Origin: Asterionella formosa
Taxonomy: Eukaryota
DNA length: 64,000 nucleotides
Direction of reading: 5' to 3'
Assembly: GCA_002256025.1 (NCBI GenBank)
Contig: NKIB01010367.1
Span: 1-64,000 of the forward strand
In this document: piece after piece, positions 60,343 to 64,000 of the stretch
How positions within the stretch are numbered: the stretch's first letter is position 1
Layout of the letters: each line of letters begins with the position of its first letter
Made by a program: the position numbers and the translations under genes
The notes under the pieces: generated by a model
Databases searched by the model: none
What the model was told of the DNA's origin: nothing
What the model saw: the letters and a program-made list of their open reading frames with translations, nothing else

Positions 60343-62463
60343 TCAGTGAACGATGCCTTTTTTGATTTTAAGGGGGGGGGGGGGGGGGGGCGCCGGGGGG
60401 GGGGGGGGGGGGCCCCGGGGGCGAGGGGGGTAGAAAAGAGTTGGCATCTTGGTCGTAACCATTATGATATGCGAAAGGGTGACGCTGTGTTTGTTCTGTC
60501 TTGCTACCAATGGAGTCCACAGGTAGAATTCAATCCCAAAAACAACGACCCGAAAGAGAGGAAAAAATAATGCCGCGGTCCATCGCCACACACGATCAGG
60601 TCCAAAGTGCATAAGTTTCGACAATACCCGGAAGCCCCACTTGACTGTAGTTTCCATCTGTGGGTTTACAAGCAGTTGCAAAGCAATGCCAGGAAGGATC
60701 CACCTCTGAATGAATGGCTTTGGAATCAGTGCTCCTGTTTCATTGGAGATTTCACCAGTGAAGAAAGTGATAAAGACATCTAGGAAACAAACAATGCCGA
60801 CAAGGACAAGAAACTCAGTCACCACAAAATGGAGAAAGCTTACATACATTCTTTGAGCCGTATTGTATGGGTGTCGGCAGAACCAGGGCTTGAGTTTGTC
60901 ATTGGATGTTTTAACAATTCTCCACTTTGGTATAATCCTCGTCAATGAGCGAAGAATCTTCGGGCCTGTAGATTTCTTTGTTTCCATATTTTGGACTTCA
61001 TAACAGGCGTCCCACTCAGAAACGGGTTTTGGAACCAACCTCGAGTGAAGGACTTTATCGATATTCATTGGTTTTCCAGTTTTATCATCAGTCATGTTAG
61101 TAATCATGGGGGTAAATGCAAGCTGTCCGATCTCAAATAGGACACAGACGATGAACAATGTCTTCCAGGTTACTGAAAACGTGGTGTTCGGTCGCAACAA
61201 GAGCTTTCGGTTCAAAAGCTCTACAGCCTCAACCTTAAGCTCATCCTGCAATTCATAGAGGCGTCGTCTATCATGATCATTCATAATTGTATGATCTCGG
61301 TTCTTGTTAAATTGCTTTTTTTGAAGACTTCGAAGCTCTGCTTTCCTTTTCATTACACGGGTGCGCGCTCTTGCTAGCCAGGTTCGCATCACTCGTTGCA
61401 AGCTAATTGTAGCAAGTTCAATCTTCTGATATCGAATCATATTGACCGCAGTGATCATCTTTCTGGTCTGTCTTCCTCGGAAGATACTTTGTATCTTGAT
61501 TGCTGCCGCCTCCTTCAAAGTTACGATATCTTTTTTTTGCTCCTTCCATACCTTGTTTCGCAACCGACGCGCAATAATAGCATCACGTCTTTGGTGAAAT
61601 TTTTTTACGAGATCCTTCACGTTCTCACGAAGTTTATAGCTGGTTCCAATCAACGGCGCTAGATATTTTAACCAGCGAACGCAGGTCACACTGTTTCGAA
61701 GACGCGATGCAAATCGTTTCGGGTTGCGGACAGCAAAGATGGCGAGCCGTTTTGATATAATGATTCCCGATCTCATAATGTTAGCCTTTAGTTGAGCCCC
61801 AGTTACTCGAGAGATGTGATTCACAAATTTCTTCGCAATAACGAAAAACAAGCAGTAACTTGTGTGAGTTGTGTATATTTGGTATTCCTTTGTCCATTGA
61901 GACCCTCGAAAAAGGATTTCAACTTGCTCCTCTTGGGCCAAAAAGATATCGCGTGGGTGCCAAGAAAATAGGCAATGCCAAATCAGCCTGTAAAAGCCAA
62001 CTGGTAAAAGAAATAATTGGAAAGCCATAGCGCGATAGTACGCACCCCGAGCGCCCTTGAGAAGCGTTGTTTCTTTTGGACAATCATCAAGTTCACCAAA
62101 TAGTCGCTTTCGATCCAATTCTCTCCGCTTCTTGTCTCGGTCTTCTTTAGATTTCACAAAGGCGTTGAGGAACCACAGCAAAGAAAAAAATATGCTAAAA
62201 GGAATTGCATTCTTGTCGAAAAATTGGACTTCATCTACAATCCAAGCATAGTCGTCTCGATTAATGCCATTCGTCCGCTGGCTTGGAATCCACTCAGGAA
62301 CCACAGTTGCCATAAAATCAAAAAAGGCCGACAGTCCAATACAGAATAACCATATTCGATGGACCGTGGAAACATCAAATAAACCCAACTCTTGCAAGGA
62401 AATATTCAGAACAAATGGAGCAGCACATCGTGTTTTGTCAGAGTGTGAAGTTGCTTCTTTCAT
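60343..62463 (-). CDS. Multi-pass membrane protein with two IQ motifs and CNG/KCNH-like S1-S2 segments; last ~30 aa unreliable
   Basis: 706-aa ORF. IQ motifs IQSIFRGRQTRK and LQRVMRTWLAR; LRPNTTFSVTWKTLFIVCVLFEI and FLDVFITFFTG. The 3' end runs through a poly-G tract. Confidence 0.78.
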   Translation of the reverse strand: MKEATSHSDKTRCAAPFVLNISLQELGLFDVSTVHRIWLFCIGLSAFFDFMATVVPEWIPSQRTNGINRDDYAWIVDEVQFFDKNAIPFSIFFSLLWFLNAFVKSKEDRDKKRRELDRKRLFGELDDCPKETTLLKGARGAYYRAMAFQLFLLPVGFYRLIWHCLFSWHPRDIFLAQEEQVEILFRGSQWTKEYQIYTTHTSYCLFFVIAKKFVNHISRVTGAQLKANIMRSGIIISKRLAIFAVRNPKRFASRLRNSVTCVRWLKYLAPLIGTSYKLRENVKDLVKKFHQRRDAIIARRLRNKVWKEQKKDIVTLKEAAAIKIQSIFRGRQTRKMITAVNMIRYQKIELATISLQRVMRTWLARARTRVMKRKAELRSLQKKQFNKNRDHTIMNDHDRRRLYELQDELKVEAVELLNRKLLLRPNTTFSVTWKTLFIVCVLFEIGQLAFTPMITNMTDDKTGKPMNIDKVLHSRLVPKPVSEWDACYEVQNMETKKSTGPKILRSLTRIIPKWRIVKTSNDKLKPWFCRHPYNTAQRMYVSFLHFVVTEFLVLVGIVCFLDVFITFFTGEISNETGALIPKPFIQRWILPGIALQLLVNPQMETTVKWGFRVLSKLMHFGPDRVWRWTAALFFPLFRVVVFGIEFYLWTPLVARQNKHSVTLSHIIMVTTKMPTLFYPPRPRGPPPPPPAPPPPPPLKIKKGIVH
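60372..60430 (+). repeat. Poly-G tract (likely low-quality assembly; G-quadruplex if real)
   Basis: Two G runs of about 18-19 nt plus shorter runs, out of character with the flanks. Confidence 0.7.
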
Positions 62464-63060
62464 TGAAGTGCTTCACTGTCAACGTCGCTCGGAGCGCTCC
62501 AATTCGCATTGACTGGTAAAGGATTAGTGAATTGATTTTCAACAGGTCATTCAAACATGTTCAGAAATTTTATATTGCTGTAGGACTCAATAATAACGTA
62601 CCGGTACTCGTTTCTTGTTATCTAAAAATGGTAAAATAAATACCGGTACATGCATATGCGTTGGTAAACGATTTTCGCTATTGACCTTACTCTGTCAATT
62701 CTCACTGTTTCTTAATTATAAGCTTAAACTAAAACTAAGTTTCAATCCCATTCATCACACTTCGAGAACCTGTTCTTCGTGTTCCCTTTTCGTTGATGTA
62801 AACCTTCTTCTGATTGATCTAAGACATCAATCTCGTTAGCAAGCTTCTTGACATGGGAACGCACCATTTGACTCATTGGACTCATTGGACTATAGTCGAG
62901 TCCACAGTCCTTGTGACTCATTATAGCCATTGATGCTATATTCTTGACAGTACCATTCAAGGGTTACTTTCTATTGGGTCCAAATCATGGTAGACCTATT
63001 ATGGGCATGTTCAAAACAAGATATTCCTTAAAATTGAACTGATGATCTGATTGGTTAAAA

Positions 63061-63325
63061 CCAATACAAGATGGATGGAAATAGTAAACCCAATACATGG
63101 TACACCTTGTATTGGATATTAAACCCTCTATTTCGGAGAAACGATTCATACCTTGTATTGGAAAAGAATTCCGGTCATTTCACAAAATACCTTGTATTGA
63201 AAAAAGAGCCTATTTCCTTCTTCTATTGGCAAAAGCACAGATTCGCAACCCTAACGATGAAGCTAGACAATACAAGGTCAACCTTGTTTTGGCAAATTAC
63301 TTTTTCACCTTGTATTGGATTCCAA
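63061..63325. repeat. Array of ACCTTGTATTGG motifs in both orientations
   Basis: Forward copies near 63104, 63150, 63189, 63281 and 63307; inverted copies near 63061, 63091 and 63267. Confidence 0.7.
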
Positions 63326-64000
63326 TAAATGGTATTTTTGTTTCTTGTGTCCCAAGCTGTTGAGTAGAATATCCATCATGTACACAAGAATACGAGTAGG
63401 CAGACTCCTCCTGCATAGGTTGTTCTTAATTAGGTTATTCCCGCTCTGGCTATTGTCTTGCGGATTTTCAGGCTCTAAGTAATTTCTATAATTAAATGAT
63501 GGGCAGCAATAGCAAGCCTTGTAATATTTAAGTAAAATGAGTAGGCAGTCGGTAAGGACATGGTGCCAAAATAGTACTAATTTGTGGATCGCCTCAACAA
63601 AACCCTTCTTGGTGGCTAATCACCTTCTTGTATAGATGTGTAATTGCAGACAAGAGACCAGTCATGGCATATCATGCCTTCAGCAATTCAAAACCAAGTG
63701 ATCAGCACGCTTTTCGCCAATATAGCCCTTTCAAACAACGTTAAATGCATATATTCGATATTTTCTATGTTGATTACTATGTATGATTCCGCAAGCGTGG
63801 AATGCAAAACAGAATACTAATGTACCAACTAAAGTGTACCAGGTGTCTACAGGTGAGTCTTTTTTGTGCTCTGGTCGAGGGGTACCAGGTACCTCCTCTC
63901 GACAATGGCGGAACCCTTCCCCCCTAACAACGGTTTCGGAGCATATCCTACATGTGGCACCTACACCGGCATTTCAAGATTTATTGAATACCGCCGAAAC

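Noticed and set aside
60343..60430. Polyproline C-terminus of the IQ protein / G-quadruplex
   Set aside because: Comes from long G homopolymers that look like a sequencing or gap-filling artefact; not trusted without reads.

Overview
Eukaryotic nuclear DNA, most likely a diatom (inferred from the CoDi-like Copia element, intron-poor genes and gametolysin-type protease; not provable from sequence alone). Intact host genes sit in islands between decayed transposons. Host genes: twin-CX9C (CHCH) protein, SGF11, TM9SF/EMP70, MCM2, VPS60/CHMP5, a 1829-aa FANCM helicase with extra zinc fingers, a spliced M11 gametolysin-like metalloprotease, a membrane-anchored 5'-nucleotidase-like metallophosphoesterase, and an IQ-motif membrane protein with channel-like S1/S2 segments. 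Mobile DNA: a nearly complete but mutated tyrosine-recombinase retrotransposon (DIRS order, Ngaro-like, about 1.8-8.3 kb, minus strand); a Ty1/Copia element (16.1-25.3 kb) with a half-tRNA-type PBS and a ~3.1 kb foreign insert; two pogo-like and one Mutator-like transposase relics; LTR fragments, a MITE and a dispersed repeat family. Most notable: the FANCM domain architecture (RanBP2 finger, PHD, RPA32-binding-type C-terminal helix), a tRNA-Ala-like sequence with Pol III signals but no anticodon arm, the pore-less IQ/voltage-sensor-like protein, E2F sites upstream of both MCM2 and FANCM, and a CpG-deamination signature in the LTR pair. No clearly new multi-gene system could be demonstrated. 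All family assignments come from motifs recognised by eye, with no database searches.
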